A DNA stretch of 64,000 nt from an uncultured bacterium (GCA_963719425.1 OY970382.1:455100-519099), one strand, 5' to 3'; shown: positions 36,701-46,712, counted from the stretch's first letter. Notes: generated by a model not told the origin, from the letters alone. Numbers and translations: made by a program.

Positions 36701-37744
36701 TTAAAGGTTGATTGACAAGGGTTTCAAGGGATTATCCAAAAGTTCGCGGTGGGCTTCAAAATTGTCCACCATCTGTCCCAGGCCGCGCGCAACGCAGGTC
36801 AGCGGATCCTCCGCGATGTGGACCGGAACGCCGGTCTCTTTTTCCAAAAGCTCTCCAAGCCCCCGGAGGAGTGCGCCTCCGCCGCAAAGCGTGATACCCT
36901 GCTGAAGGATGTCCCCCGCAAGCTCCGGCGGCGTTTCCTCAATCACCTCCCGCACCGCCTCCACCACAGTGTGGATGGATTTTGCAAGCGCCACACGCAC
37001 ATGATTGTTTTTCAAACTGATCTCGCGCGGCAAACCGCTCGTGATATCGCGGCCGCGAATCGGCACTTCTAACCGCTCGTCCATCGGCACGGCTGACCCC
37101 ACCGCGATCTTTGCGAACTCCGCCGTCGGCTCGCCGATCGCCAAGTGAAACTCGTCGCGCACGAAATGCATGATGTCTTCGTTAAACCGATCGCCCGCCA
37201 ACTTGAGCGTCCGCGCGACCACGGTGCCTCCCATGGAAATGACCGCGACATCAGTCGTGCCGCCGCCGACGTCCACGATCAGGCTCGCAACGGGAGCCAT
37301 GATGGACAAGCCCGCGCCGAGTGCCGCCGCCGTGGGCGATTCCACAAGATACACTTTTGAACACCCGGCATTGAGCGCCGCATCCTCCACCGATTTCCGT
37401 TCCACTTCCGTCAAATTGTTCGGGATCGAGAGGATCGCCCGCCGGTACGATGTGATCGGACTCGCCTCGCGCCTCCGCAAGAAATGCCGCAGCATCTCTT
37501 CCGTCATTTCAAAATCGGAGATCACGCCGTTCACGAGCGGCCGCACCACATTGATGTGCGCAGGCGTCCGGCCGAGCATCTTCTTTGCTTCGTCGCCCAC
37601 CGCGAGAATATGGCTCGTCTTTGTATTCACCGCCGCGACCGATGGCTCGTTCACTACGATGCCCTTTCCCTTTAGATAGATAAGGGTATTAGCCGTCCCG
37701 AGGTCAACGCCGATGTCTTTGAAAATGTTATTGAAAAAAGCCAT
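36701..37744 (-). CDS. mreB: Rod shape-determining protein MreB (actin homolog)
   Basis: 'IGVDLGTANTLIY', 'LIVDVGGGTTDVAVISMGG', 'ITLCGGGALLRGL' ATPase motifs. Confidence 0.9.
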   Translation of the reverse strand: MAFFNNIFKDIGVDLGTANTLIYLKGKGIVVNEPSVAAVNTKTSHILAVGDEAKKMLGRTPAHINVVRPLVNGVISDFEMTEEMLRHFLRRREASPITSYRRAILSIPNNLTEVERKSVEDAALNAGCSKVYLVESPTAAALGAGLSIMAPVASLIVDVGGGTTDVAVISMGGTVVARTLKLAGDRFNEDIMHFVRDEFHLAIGEPTAEFAKIAVGSAVPMDERLEVPIRGRDITSGLPREISLKNNHVRVALAKSIHTVVEAVREVIEETPPELAGDILQQGITLCGGGALLRGLGELLEKETGVPVHIAEDPLTCVARGLGQMVDNFEAHRELLDNPLKPLSINL

Positions 37745-37755
37745 TGTTCCTGTTT

Positions 37756-39036
37756 TTAGTTTCCAGTTTCAGATAATTTCTTCGTCACTTCTTTGATATC
37801 CATAATCTTTGTGCTATCTCCGCCGCGCTGCTTGACCTCAATTTTTGTGCCGAGCTTGGGACTCACGACCAGGCGCCACGGGATGCCGACGAGGTCTGCT
37901 TCCGCGAACTTTTCTCCCGCGGAAAGGTTCCTGTCGTCATAAAGTACTTCAATTTTTTCCTTCTGTAAAGCGCGGTACGCCTCATCGCCACGAGCACCGT
38001 TCAAGGCAAGGAGATGCGCGCGGAACGGAGCCACATTTGCGGGCCAGACAATGCCATTTTTGTCGCTCATAACCTCCACAATCGCAGCCATCACACGACC
38101 AAGCCCGATGCCGTATGACCCCATCACCACGTACTTTTTTTCCCCTTTTTCGTCAGCAAATTGAAGGTTGAACGCCTCGGAATATTTCGTGCCGAGCGGA
38201 AAAATATTGCCGACCTCAATCGCCTTCTCTTCGCTTATGCCGGCGCCGCACCTCGGACATTTACCGTGAGCGTTGAGTTTTGAAATCTCCTTGTTCTCCG
38301 CATACTCGCATTTTTTGCAGAGATAAATCGTGTCTTCGCCGACGGCCGCGACCACCTGGAACTCGTGCGTGTTCGTAGCAGTGAACTCGCCGCCGGCGGC
38401 GAGCGTGTAATACGCCTTCAAACCGCACCGCGCAAAGATCTTTTGATACGCTGTTGCCACGCGGTCGTAATACTTGAAGAGGTCCTCCTCCGATGTATGG
38501 AAACTGTAGAGGTCCTTCATCAAAAACTCGCGGCTCCGCAAAAGCCCCGACTTCGCGCGCGGCTCGTTCCTAAACTTCGTTTGGATCTGGTACGCCGCGA
38601 ACGGAAGATCTTTATAGGAACTGATGTACTTCGTGCCGATCTCCGCCATGATCTCCTCGTGTGTCCAGCTGATGTTGAATCCAGGCTCTTTTTCGCCGGC
38701 ATCCTTTCCACCCGAGACCACTTTGAATACCACGCCGACGTCCCAGCGTTTCGTCGCCTTCAAATAACGCTTGTCGTGCAGCGCCGCCATAAAGAGTTCC
38801 TGGCCGCCGATCGCGTTCATCTCCTCGCGGATGATCCCCGCAATCTTCTGGATCACTCTCCAGCCAAGCGGCAGGAATGAGTACACGCCCGCAGAATTTT
38901 TATAAATAAACCCGCCGCGCGTGAGGAGCTCGGCGTTCAGTGCCGTCTCATCCTTCGGCGCAGCCCGCGATACCTTCGTGAAAAGCTCCGACTGGCGCAT
39001 TACCCATAGATTATCACCGAACCTTCCGGTTGGCAA
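37756..39036 (-). CDS. proS: Prolyl-tRNA synthetase (short, archaeal/eukaryotic-like type)
   Basis: Class II core with Pro-RS-specific blocks; C-terminal anticodon-binding domain; 426 aa. Confidence 0.8.
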   Translation of the reverse strand: MPTGRFGDNLWVMRQSELFTKVSRAAPKDETALNAELLTRGGFIYKNSAGVYSFLPLGWRVIQKIAGIIREEMNAIGGQELFMAALHDKRYLKATKRWDVGVVFKVVSGGKDAGEKEPGFNISWTHEEIMAEIGTKYISSYKDLPFAAYQIQTKFRNEPRAKSGLLRSREFLMKDLYSFHTSEEDLFKYYDRVATAYQKIFARCGLKAYYTLAAGGEFTATNTHEFQVVAAVGEDTIYLCKKCEYAENKEISKLNAHGKCPRCGAGISEEKAIEVGNIFPLGTKYSEAFNLQFADEKGEKKYVVMGSYGIGLGRVMAAIVEVMSDKNGIVWPANVAPFRAHLLALNGARGDEAYRALQKEKIEVLYDDRNLSAGEKFAEADLVGIPWRLVVSPKLGTKIEVKQRGGDSTKIMDIKEVTKKLSETGN

Positions 39037-39351
39037 AATAATCAGCCCTTTTCTGCTTTTTCTCTAAAGTTGGTTTTATCAATGCTATGTTTTTCCATAA
39101 TTATCGCAATCCGGCTCTTAGAATCTTCAATAGCCGCCTCGACGATTTGCCGGAGATCAGCCCTCAATTCTTCTCTTTCCGATTGTTCCATTACGACCAA
39201 CATAGCATACGGGTGATTAAAATTATATAAAAAAATTGTTAAATTTTCCTTAAAAACTATTTGACTTTTGAAACGCTCTCTCTATCCTGAAAGTAGGTTC
39301 CTGCCTCAGGAATAAGAAGTAATTCTTACTCTTAGATTTCGACCCTACCGG

Positions 39352-39410
39352 GGCGACACGTTCATTTCTTATTTGTCGACGAATAAGAAATGAATCAGGA
39401 ACGTGTCGCC
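39352..39410. terminator. Imperfect palindrome/hairpin downstream of proS
   Basis: GGCGACACGTTCATTTCTTATTTGTC-GAC-GAATAAGAAATGAA(tcagga)ACGTGTCGCC. Confidence 0.4.
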
Positions 39411-39742
39411 TATCCAACGGTTGAGGCCACCACCCTACCCCGCCCGATCGTCTTTTTTCCGCGGGGAGGGTAAACTACATAAGAACCAAGCTCCAAGCAT
39501 CTGCCCCTGAAGGTCAGAAAGCCGCCGTGCACTGCGGGCGCCAATCGAAAGGTTGATGGTCAATGGGAGGATCGCTCATCCGAGCGTGGCGTCTCCCCAG
39601 AGGCAGATTCTTGGAGCTTTTTCTTTTGGAGCGCTTTGATATCTCTTGGACTGCGCGAAAACGCCGTTATTATTTCCCTCAATGATACTATGCTGTGATC
39701 TACCCAATGAATCAAAAACAGTTGTGATACAATCATCCTATT

Positions 39743-40225
39743 ATGAGACAGACAGCAAAAATATTAACGTTTCTGGGCTTATTGGGATTTCCGCTTTTAA
39801 CTTTTGCCGATCTGATAACCCCGTCCCCGGCCGAAACGATCGGTTCAATTCTTATATTTTTTGTTATAAACCTAGTTGTTAATTCAGTAATTATTTTTGC
39901 ACTTATTTCTCGCGACCGATTTAAAAAGTTGTTTCGCGGACCTTCTCTCTTAAAGATCCTGCTCGTAACCGCCCTGGGTCTTGTCGCTGACTTTATCGGA
40001 ATTCTTTGCGTGTCACTACTCTATACCTCTGATTTTACTCTTGGCCCTCTTTTAATTTTGGGTTTCATTATATGGATTTTAGTCGCTCTGAATTTCTATT
40101 TGATTTATTCCAGAGAGATATCCGACCAGAAAAAAACAAGGATAATAAAAGCAATCGTCTTCGGATTTATCAGCAATCCTTTTTGGCTAAGCTTGCCAGC
40201 CTATCTGGCTTCTATAAGACGCTAG
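39743..40225 (+). CDS. Hypothetical membrane protein (4 TM helices)
   Basis: Hydrophobic profile only. Confidence 0.45.
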   Translation: MRQTAKILTFLGLLGFPLLTFADLITPSPAETIGSILIFFVINLVVNSVIIFALISRDRFKKLFRGPSLLKILLVTALGLVADFIGILCVSLLYTSDFTLGPLLILGFIIWILVALNFYLIYSREISDQKKTRIIKAIVFGFISNPFWLSLPAYLASIRR

Positions 40226-40254
40226 CGAGAGAGCTTTTTCGTATTCATAAAAAG

Positions 40255-40281
40255 GTGCACGGGCCTGGACGATTTTCGAAC
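40255..40281 (+). repeat. Dispersed 27-bp motif copy GTGCACGGGCCTGGACGATTTTCGAAC
   Basis: Solo copy followed by a GGGGAGGGAG...CTCCCTCCCC hairpin. Confidence 0.65.
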
Positions 40282-40554
40282 TCACCTCTTGGCGATGCGA
40301 GCACAATAAAAAAAGCCCTTCTTGAGGGTCATTAAGGTTTCTTGTGGGGAGGGAGACACGATCTTTCATTTCCTCCCTCCCCAAAGACTTACCATCGGCG
40401 GTGATCAGTCGGAGTTCAGGGCCACGTCACTTCGCTTCATTCCCGTACGGCCGTTGTGCTTCTTCATGAGACACCTCGGTTTGTCATTTTGACGTCGGCA
40501 CTATCTTCCCCGTGCCACTTAATACAATAATGTCATTCTAAACCGCCGTTAAAT

Positions 40555-40581
40555 GTGCACGGGTCTGGACGATTTTCGAAC
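40555..40581 (+). repeat. Dispersed 27-bp motif copy GTGCACGGGTCTGGACGATTTTCGAAC (end of cassette B)
   Basis: Identical to the copy at 5366..5392. Confidence 0.7.
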
Positions 40582-40677
40582 ACTTCTCTCCAAGCCTCAA
40601 TTCGCAATGAGTTTGTGAATTTAGGCTTGAAAGGCAGGAGTGCAGACGAGGTGTCCGAACCCCTGCCTTCCGTGGTT

Positions 40678-40917
40678 TTACTGCGAGGGCCGGAGGGAGA
40701 GGCCCAACTTGGCAAGTCCCCCCTCAAGGTCGGCCAGCATTCCCTTTGTCATCCGCCGCGCTTGCGGGGTGTCTCGCTGCAACTCATCCCTCGTGAGCTT
40801 AACAACGTCCCCAATGGTCACGATGTTCCGGGCCCGGAGGTTGTTGTAAGTGTTGACGTTGAGATCAGCGAGTTCCTCGATGGCTTGATCGAGGATTTCT
40901 TGTTTTGATGCTTGCAT
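40678..40917 (-). CDS. Second copy of the small alpha-CTD-like protein (identical to 5030..5269)
   Basis: Identical 79-aa sequence. Confidence 0.5.
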   Translation of the reverse strand: MQASKQEILDQAIEELADLNVNTYNNLRARNIVTIGDVVKLTRDELQRDTPQARRMTKGMLADLEGGLAKLGLSLRPSQ

Positions 40918-41000
40918 TGCCTTAACCTCGTTTCTGTGGATCGTCCCACGCCTCTCATCTGTAGAATATTGTATCACTATCGAATGACGATGTAAAGACC

Positions 41001-41027
41001 CTGCACTGGCCTGGACGATCTTCGAAC
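41001..41027 (+). repeat. Dispersed 27-bp motif copy CTGCACTGGCCTGGACGATCTTCGAAC (flank of cassette B)
   Basis: Sequence family match. Confidence 0.65.
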
Positions 41028-41122
41028 AATTCTGGCTTTCAGCCGAAAACGGGCCTGTTTTGCTAGCAGCTTGACGTAAATCATTTTAAATCCTAGAATG
41101 CACCCAGAAACGGAGGTTTTGT

Positions 41123-41539
41123 ATGCTGAGCGGAGAATGGGACAGACTAAAAACACTGGAAGAAAGACGGCGCTTTCGGATTAGGGAGCAAGCGTACTTT
41201 CTCTCCACCCACCGAGAGAAGGAAGGTCGACCCCCCGACCCCGAGAGAGACTGGCTGAACGCCGAGTGGATTGAAGATAATCTGGAAACCTATTGCGGAC
41301 TGGAGCGAGACGTGAACTGGGCCATGAGCCGCGTGGGCGGGGGAGACAGGAGCTGGATGACTCCTTTTTCCTGTTTGCGTGCGCACGGAGAGACACAAGA
41401 GCAGCTCTCGGCCGCACTGGCCGTTGTAGTAACCGTGTTCACCTCGAAGCTTGATGTCGCAAGGGCTGTCAGTCAATCAAATACCTTCGCGGGGCTCATG
41501 GAGGAACTTGTCACGCAAATCCGTTGCAATTCACACTAG
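41123..41539 (+). CDS. Hypothetical protein with an N-terminal DUF2934-like motif
   Basis: 'RIREQAYFLSTHREKEGRPPDPERDWLNAE' resembles the DUF2934 consensus (..YELWE.RG.P.G.D..DWL.AE). Confidence 0.4.
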   Translation: MLSGEWDRLKTLEERRRFRIREQAYFLSTHREKEGRPPDPERDWLNAEWIEDNLETYCGLERDVNWAMSRVGGGDRSWMTPFSCLRAHGETQEQLSAALAVVVTVFTSKLDVARAVSQSNTFAGLMEELVTQIRCNSH

Positions 41540-41603
41540 GTTCGTTGATCGCCCCGCGACAATGCGAAAATCCCGCATTTGCTATCGCGGGGTTTTCGTT
41601 TTT

Positions 41604-41625
41604 CGTGCACAGGACAGGATTCGAA
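41604..41625 (+). repeat. Dispersed motif copy, short form GTGCACAGGACAGGATTCGAAC
   Basis: Matches the short-form copy at 4925..4946. Confidence 0.6.
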
Positions 41626-41693
41626 CAAAAGAAAAAGGCTGGCGCGTGATATTGGTTTTCCTGAGCATCCCAGGAAGATAACCAAGGTCGAAT

Positions 41694-41806
41694 AAAAGAC
41701 CCACATTTGGTTTTGAGGGGCATCTCGGAGCCGCGAAGGCGGCAAGAGCGAGGCGCGCTCCGAGCACGGAGCGACGCCGTCCCCGAAAGACCAAATGTGG
41801 GTCTTT
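41694..41806. terminator. Long stem-loop immediately downstream of the fusA stop codon
   Basis: 18-bp perfect stem AAAAGACCCACATTTGGT ... ACCAAATGTGGGTCTTTT enclosing ~77 nt of GC-rich sequence. Confidence 0.45.
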
Positions 41807-43913
41807 TAGCGTTTCTTCCCTTCTATAATCAGCTGCGCGATGTTCGCGGGCGTCGGCTCATAGTGGTCAAATTCCATAGTGAACGAACCGCGCCCCTGCG
41901 ACATTGAACGGAGCTCCGTCGCGTAGCCGAACATTTCGGAAAGCGGGACTTTCGCGTCAATCACTTTCAATCCCGGCCGGTCGCCGAGCGCTTCAATCCG
42001 ACCGCGCTTCGAATTCAGTTGTCCCGTCACCTCACCCAAAAAGTCCGGCGGCACGAGCACCTGCAATTTCATGATCGGTTCCAAAATGACAGGCTTTGCG
42101 CGCTTCGCGGCTTCCTGAAACGCGATGGAACCCGCAATCTTGAACGCCGCTTCTGAAGAGTCCACTTCGTGGAACGAACCGTCATACAACGTGACCTCAA
42201 CGTCCGTCACCGGATAGTGCGCGAGAATGCCTTTGTCCAACGCCTCCTTGACGCCCTTCTCGGTCGCCGGGATGAATTCCTGCGGGATCACGCCTCCTTT
42301 AATTTCGTCCAGGAACACAAATCCCGTTCCGCGCTGAAGCGCTTTCACGCGCAGCCAGACATGGCCGTACTGACCGCGGCCGCCGGATTGGCGGATATAT
42401 TTCCCTTCTGCTTCCGCCTCGCCCATGATCGTCTCCTTGTACGCCACCTGCGGCCGGCCGACGTTCGCTTCCACGCCGAACTCGCGCTTCATGCGGTCTA
42501 CAATGATTTCCAAGTGCAGCTCGCCCATGCCGGAGATAATCGTCTCGCCCGGTATCCGGATCCCCCGCCACGCGGAAGGTCGGGTCCTCCTCGGCGAGCC
42601 GGTGCAGGGCCGTGCCCATCTTTTCCTGGTCAGCTTTCGTTTTCGGTTCAATGCGAATACCAATCACGGGTTCGGGGAAGGTGATCCTCTCAAGCACAAT
42701 CGGCGAATCGGGATCGCAAAGCGTATCCCCCGTCGTCGTATTTTTCAGGCCGACAATCGCCGCGATCTCGCCTGCATAGACCTCTTCCACTTCTTCGCGA
42801 TCGTTCGCGTGCATGCGAACCACGCGCCCGATGCGCTCCTGATTGTCCTTAGTCGAATTTAAAACATACGAACCGCGCTTCAAAACGCCGGAATAATTCC
42901 GGAAATACGCGAGCGTGCCGACGTACGGGATCGGTCGCGATCTTAAACGCAAGCGCCGAGAACGGTTCATCGTCCTTCGCCTGGCGCGTGATTTCCGCGC
43001 CTGTTTTCGGATCGTGACCTTTGACCGGCGGCAGGTCCGTCGGCGCCGGCAGATACTCCACAACAGCATCCAGCATGAACTGCACGCCTTTGTTCTTCAA
43101 GGCCGAGCCGCAGAAGACCGGCACGATTTTGTTCGCGATGACTGCCTTGCGCAGCACGCGGCGAAGATCCTCAACGCCGATCTCCTTTCCGTCCAAATAT
43201 GCCGCCATCGCGTGGTCGTCATTCTCCGCGATCTTTTCAATTAATTCGTGGCGGCGCTTCGCAATGTCTGCCTTCATCTCGTCCGGGATCGGAATCTCTA
43301 CGATTTTTTCGCCATGCTCGCCTTCAGACCCGAACGCCTTGTTCAAAAGCAGGTCCACAATACCCTTGAAATTCGCCTCAAGACCGATCGGCAGCTGCAC
43401 CGGGATCGCGTGCGGCGTGAGCCGGTCAAGGATTGATTGAAAACTCCCCGTAAAGTTCGCGCCCATGCGATCAAGTTTGTTGATGAAACAGATGCGCGGC
43501 ACGTTGTATTCGTCCGCATAGCGCCAGTTCGTCTCCGACTGCGGCTCAACGCCCGCGACGCCGTCAAACACGACGACCGCGCCGTCCAAAACGCGGAGCG
43601 ACCGCTTCACTTCCACCGTGAAGTCAATGTGCCCCGGCGTGTCAATCAGATTGATGCGATGCTCGAACTTTTTGTCGTGGTTGCGGTAGGTCGGCGTCCA
43701 GAACGCGGTCGTCGCGGCCGAGGTGATCGTGATGCCGCGCTCGCGCTCCTGCTCCATCCAATCCATGATCGTGTCGCCCGTGTGCACCTCGCCGATCTTG
43801 TGCGAAACGCCAGTATAAAAAAGCACCCGCTCGGAGACGGTCGTTTTACCGGCATCAATGTGCGCGATGATTCCAATATTCCTTACCTTTTCTATCGGGT
43901 ACTGCCTAGGCAT
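41806..43913 (-). CDS. fusA: Elongation factor G, interrupted by two apparent +1 frameshifts
   Basis: Three consecutive ORFs cover EF-G domains: G' (42849..43913), II-III (42299..43069) and IV-V (41806..42663). Frame switches sit at ...AFKIATDP|YVGTLAYF... (~42925-42930, CCC run) and ...RVAGDPDTG|[12 protein letters not shown]... (~42548-42560, GGGGG/CCGGG runs). Total span is 2108 nt (3n+2). Confidence 0.8.
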
Positions 43914-43928
43914 ACAATTCGGTACGGA

Positions 43929-44396
43929 TTATCTTGCGAAGTGCGCGAAGGCGCGGTTCGCCTCGGCCATGCGGTGCGTGTCCAGTTTCTTTTTGATCGC
44001 GGCACCTTCGTTCTTTGCGGCGGCCATCAATTCTTCAGCAAGCTTGTCCGCCATCGGCTTCCCTTTTTTCGCGCGCGCCGCACCAATGATCCAGCGGACC
44101 GCGAGAATGAAGCGCCGCTCTGGGCGCACCTCGCGCGGCACCTGATAGTTCGCGCCGCCGACGCGCCGCGACGCCACCTCCAGCATCGGCGATGCATTCT
44201 CTATCGCTTTCTCGAACACTTTGACGGGATCTTCTTTCATCGCCGCTTTCACTTTTTCCAAAGCGCCATACACCACTTTTTCCGCCACGGACTTCTTCCC
44301 GTCCTTCATCACATAATTGATAAACCGGCCGAGTTCAACGCGGCCGTGCACGGCATCCGGCTTATGATATTTTTTATATACGCGCTTTTTTCTCAT
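43929..44396 (-). CDS. rpsG: 30S ribosomal protein S7
   Basis: 'FINYVMKDGKKSVAEKVVYGALEKV...NRAFAHFAR'. Confidence 0.9.
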   Translation of the reverse strand: MRKKRVYKKYHKPDAVHGRVELGRFINYVMKDGKKSVAEKVVYGALEKVKAAMKEDPVKVFEKAIENASPMLEVASRRVGGANYQVPREVRPERRFILAVRWIIGAARAKKGKPMADKLAEELMAAAKNEGAAIKKKLDTHRMAEANRAFAHFAR

Positions 44397-44426
44397 AGGT
44401 TTCCTAGTTACTAGTTACCAGGCCAG

Positions 44427-44840
44427 CTATGGCTTCGGCCGTTTCGTCCCATATTTTGACCTCTGCTGTTTGCGATTTTCCACACCCGTCGTGTCCAGGA
44501 CCCCGCGCACCACGTGGTACCGCACGCCCGGAAGGTCCTTCACGCGCCCGCCGCGTACCATCACGATAGAGTGCTCTTGGAGCGTGTGCCCCTCGCCCGG
44601 GATATACGCCGTGATTTCCATGCCGTTCGTGAGCCGCACGCGCGCCACTTTCCGCAGCGCCGAGTTCGGCTTCTTCGGCGTCGTCGTGAACACCTTCACG
44701 CAAACGCCGCGCTTGAAGGGCGACCCCGAATCCACCGGCCGATTCGTGAGCGAATTAAAGTAGAACGACAAAGCCGGCGCCTTGGTCTTGGACTTCAAGG
44801 GCTGCCTTCCCTTCTTGATCAGTTGCCTGATGGTCGGCAT
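44427..44840 (-). CDS. rpsL: 30S ribosomal protein S12
   Basis: '[24 protein letters not shown]...[55 protein letters not shown]'. Confidence 0.9.
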   Translation of the reverse strand: MPTIRQLIKKGRQPLKSKTKAPALSFYFNSLTNRPVDSGSPFKRGVCVKVFTTTPKKPNSALRKVARVRLTNGMEITAYIPGEGHTLQEHSIVMVRGGRVKDLPGVRYHVVRGVLDTTGVENRKQQRSKYGTKRPKP

Positions 44841-45081
44841 ACGTTAAGGAATTGTAACGGAGAGAGTACGTGGTGTCAATAAAACCAGCCCCACTCGTGC
44901 GAGCAGAGCGGGGCGATACCTATGCCGCGCGGAGTTGAAATCCCGAATGTACCAATGTGAAGTTGTGAGTACACTCGGAGGGAAAACCACTCCGGCGGCG
45001 CTTGTTGTTAGTAAGCATTAATCAAACTACGCCGTCTTCCATTTTTCGTCAAGCGCTATTACAATAAATTGAGTAAAACGA

Positions 45082-45155
45082 GGGCCTGTAGCTTAGTGGC
45101 AGAGCAGCCGGTTTGCATCCGGCAGATAGGGGTTCGATTCCCCTCAGGTCCACCA
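45082..45155 (+). tRNA. tRNA-Ala (anticodon UGC) with the G3:U70 identity pair; CCA encoded
   Basis: GGGCCTG TA GCTT AGTGGCA GAGC A GCCGG TTTGCAT CCGGC AGAT AGGGG TTCGATT CCCCT CAGGTCC A CCA. Confidence 0.85.
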
Positions 45156-46649
45156 AAGTTTATTCAGCTCAAAAATATTTTGGACGCTTCGCGTCTTCTC
45201 GTGCGTTTCGGCCAGAGAGGAAAAGGGTTTTTTGAAATCCACCACGAGCGTTCCCGAGGCAAGGCGGCGGTTCGAGCCGATGGCGGCAAGAAAATCCTTC
45301 ATAGGTATCGGATTTTCTTGGTTCATCAGATTTATGGCTTGGTTGGCCTCGATTATCCAGTTGCGGAATAGTCCGAGCCAACGATTTCCTTTTCGCTCAA
45401 AATCGCCCAGTTGCTCGTCGAGCGTCTTCTTTTCGGAGAGGAGGCGGTTCTTCGTCTCCTGATATTCTGGTAGCTCGAACGAGCCGGAGAGATAGCCGTC
45501 GTTCCAGCGGTCAATCTTCATTTTAACGGCGGCTATCTTGGTACGCAGATTTTGGGCGAAAGCGTCCGACGAGCGGCGGGCTTCGCCCGTTTCCCCGTCC
45601 AGTTTCGATAAATATTTTTCTCGCCACTCGTCGGGCAAAGAAGCTTTTTGGACTAGCTCCTTCACTTGTCCGGCAAGAACTTCCTCCCGCACAAAGCGGG
45701 TTTGCGAACAGACCTGCGTCTTGCTCTTGAAGGTGCAGTGATAGTAATGGTATGTCCTGCCGTTCCGCTTCACCTTCCGTTCGCCAGTGATGGCATAGCC
45801 GCACTCGGAGCAAGTCGCAAACCCGAGAAACGGAAAATTCTTGTCGCTTCGCTTTTTGCGGGGCTTGCCGTTCAAGACAAGTGCCTCCTGTACTTGGTCA
45901 AAAAGCTTCTTGGAAATCATCGGCGTATGCGACCCCTCGTGCACCTCGCCCCGATACCGGAAATGGCCGTAGTAGAACGGGTTGGTTAAAATCTTCTGTA
46001 TGGAGGATAAGGCGAGGGGCTTGCCGTCCCTGCTCGTTAGTCCCACGGAAAACATCTTGTCCCGTATGGCCGTCTTCGTGTACCGACCCGTGGCAAAAGC
46101 TTCAAGACACTCCTTCACTTTATGGAAAGTATTTTTGTCCGGCTCGATGGTACGCAAGCGCGGCTCGTTGAAATACCCGATGGGAGCTTTTGCCGACAGC
46201 TCGCCCCGCCGTATCTTTTGCCGGATGCCCCGCAAGATATTTTCCCGCAGATTGTCGGTGTAATACTTGGCCTGTCCGAACGCGACCGACAACATAAATT
46301 TTCCCTGCGGCGTCGGCTCAAACCAGAAGGTAGGGAACTTCAAAGAAGTTATCTTGCCCGTATCCACGAGATAGATGACCCTGCCGCCGTCCACGCTGTT
46401 ACGAGCAAGTCGGTCGGGGTTCCATGCCAAGATGCCGGAAGCCGCGCCCTGCTCTATCTGGGCTACCATCTCGCCGAACACGGGGCGGCTGGGTTCCTTC
46501 GCGCTCTGACTCTCGGTGTATTCGCGGACGATGAACAGATTATTCTGTTCCGCGAACGCGCGAAGTTCGGCGAGTTGGGCTTCGATGCTCAACACCTGAC
46601 GCTCCTCGTCCTCCGACGACTTCCGGCAATAGATGAAATATTTATTCAT
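45144..46649 (-). CDS. Large serine recombinase (resolvase catalytic domain + recombinase domain + Zn-ribbon + coiled coil)
   Basis: 'MNKYFIYCRKSSEDEERQVLSIEAQ' (catalytic Ser region), 'LAWNPDRLARN', Zn-ribbon 'CSECGY...YYHC', long C-terminal coiled coil. The stop codon lies inside the tRNA-Ala acceptor 3' strand. The 35 codons upstream of MNKYF in the tracked ORF are encoded by IR1-R and are probably not translated. Confidence 0.8.
   Translation of the reverse strand: MNKYFIYCRKSSEDEERQVLSIEAQLAELRAFAEQNNLFIVREYTESQSAKEPSRPVFGEMVAQIEQGAASGILAWNPDRLARNSVDGGRVIYLVDTGKITSLKFPTFWFEPTPQGKFMLSVAFGQAKYYTDNLRENILRGIRQKIRRGELSAKAPIGYFNEPRLRTIEPDKNTFHKVKECLEAFATGRYTKTAIRDKMFSVGLTSRDGKPLALSSIQKILTNPFYYGHFRYRGEVHEGSHTPMISKKLFDQVQEALVLNGKPRKKRSDKNFPFLGFATCSECGYAITGERKVKRNGRTYHYYHCTFKSKTQVCSQTRFVREEVLAGQVKELVQKASLPDEWREKYLSKLDGETGEARRSSDAFAQNLRTKIAAVKMKIDRWNDGYLSGSFELPEYQETKNRLLSEKKTLDEQLGDFERKGNRWLGLFRNWIIEANQAINLMNQENPIPMKDFLAAIGSNRRLASGTLVVDFKKPFSSLAETHEKTRSVQNIFELNKLWWT
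45151..45273. repeat. IR1-L: 123-bp inverted repeat (partner 46713..46835); begins with the tRNA-Ala 3' CACCA
   Basis: Exact reverse-complement match by inspection; encodes the C-terminal ~40 aa of the recombinase. Confidence 0.85.
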
Positions 46650-46712
46650 AGTTATAAATCTTCGCCGCCATCGGCTCTTGCGCGGGTGAGCGCAAAACAA
46701 ATTCCATTTGTA

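Larger units (their letters stand above)
40555..41006. repeat. 452-bp cassette, copy B (inverted relative to copy A at 4941..5392)
   Basis: Same protein ORFs on opposite strands; same terminal motifs. Confidence 0.85.

Noticed and set aside
39440-39640. Possible SRP (4.5S) RNA
   Set aside because: The region has a long-range helix, but lacks the conserved domain IV motifs (GNRA tetraloop GGAA, AGCAGCC bulge) by eye. Kept only as an unspecified structured-RNA candidate.
42299-43069. 256-aa ORF with a long Arg/Gly-rich tail as an independent protein
   Set aside because: Its core is EF-G domain II. The odd tail is out-of-frame translation after the second fusA frameshift.
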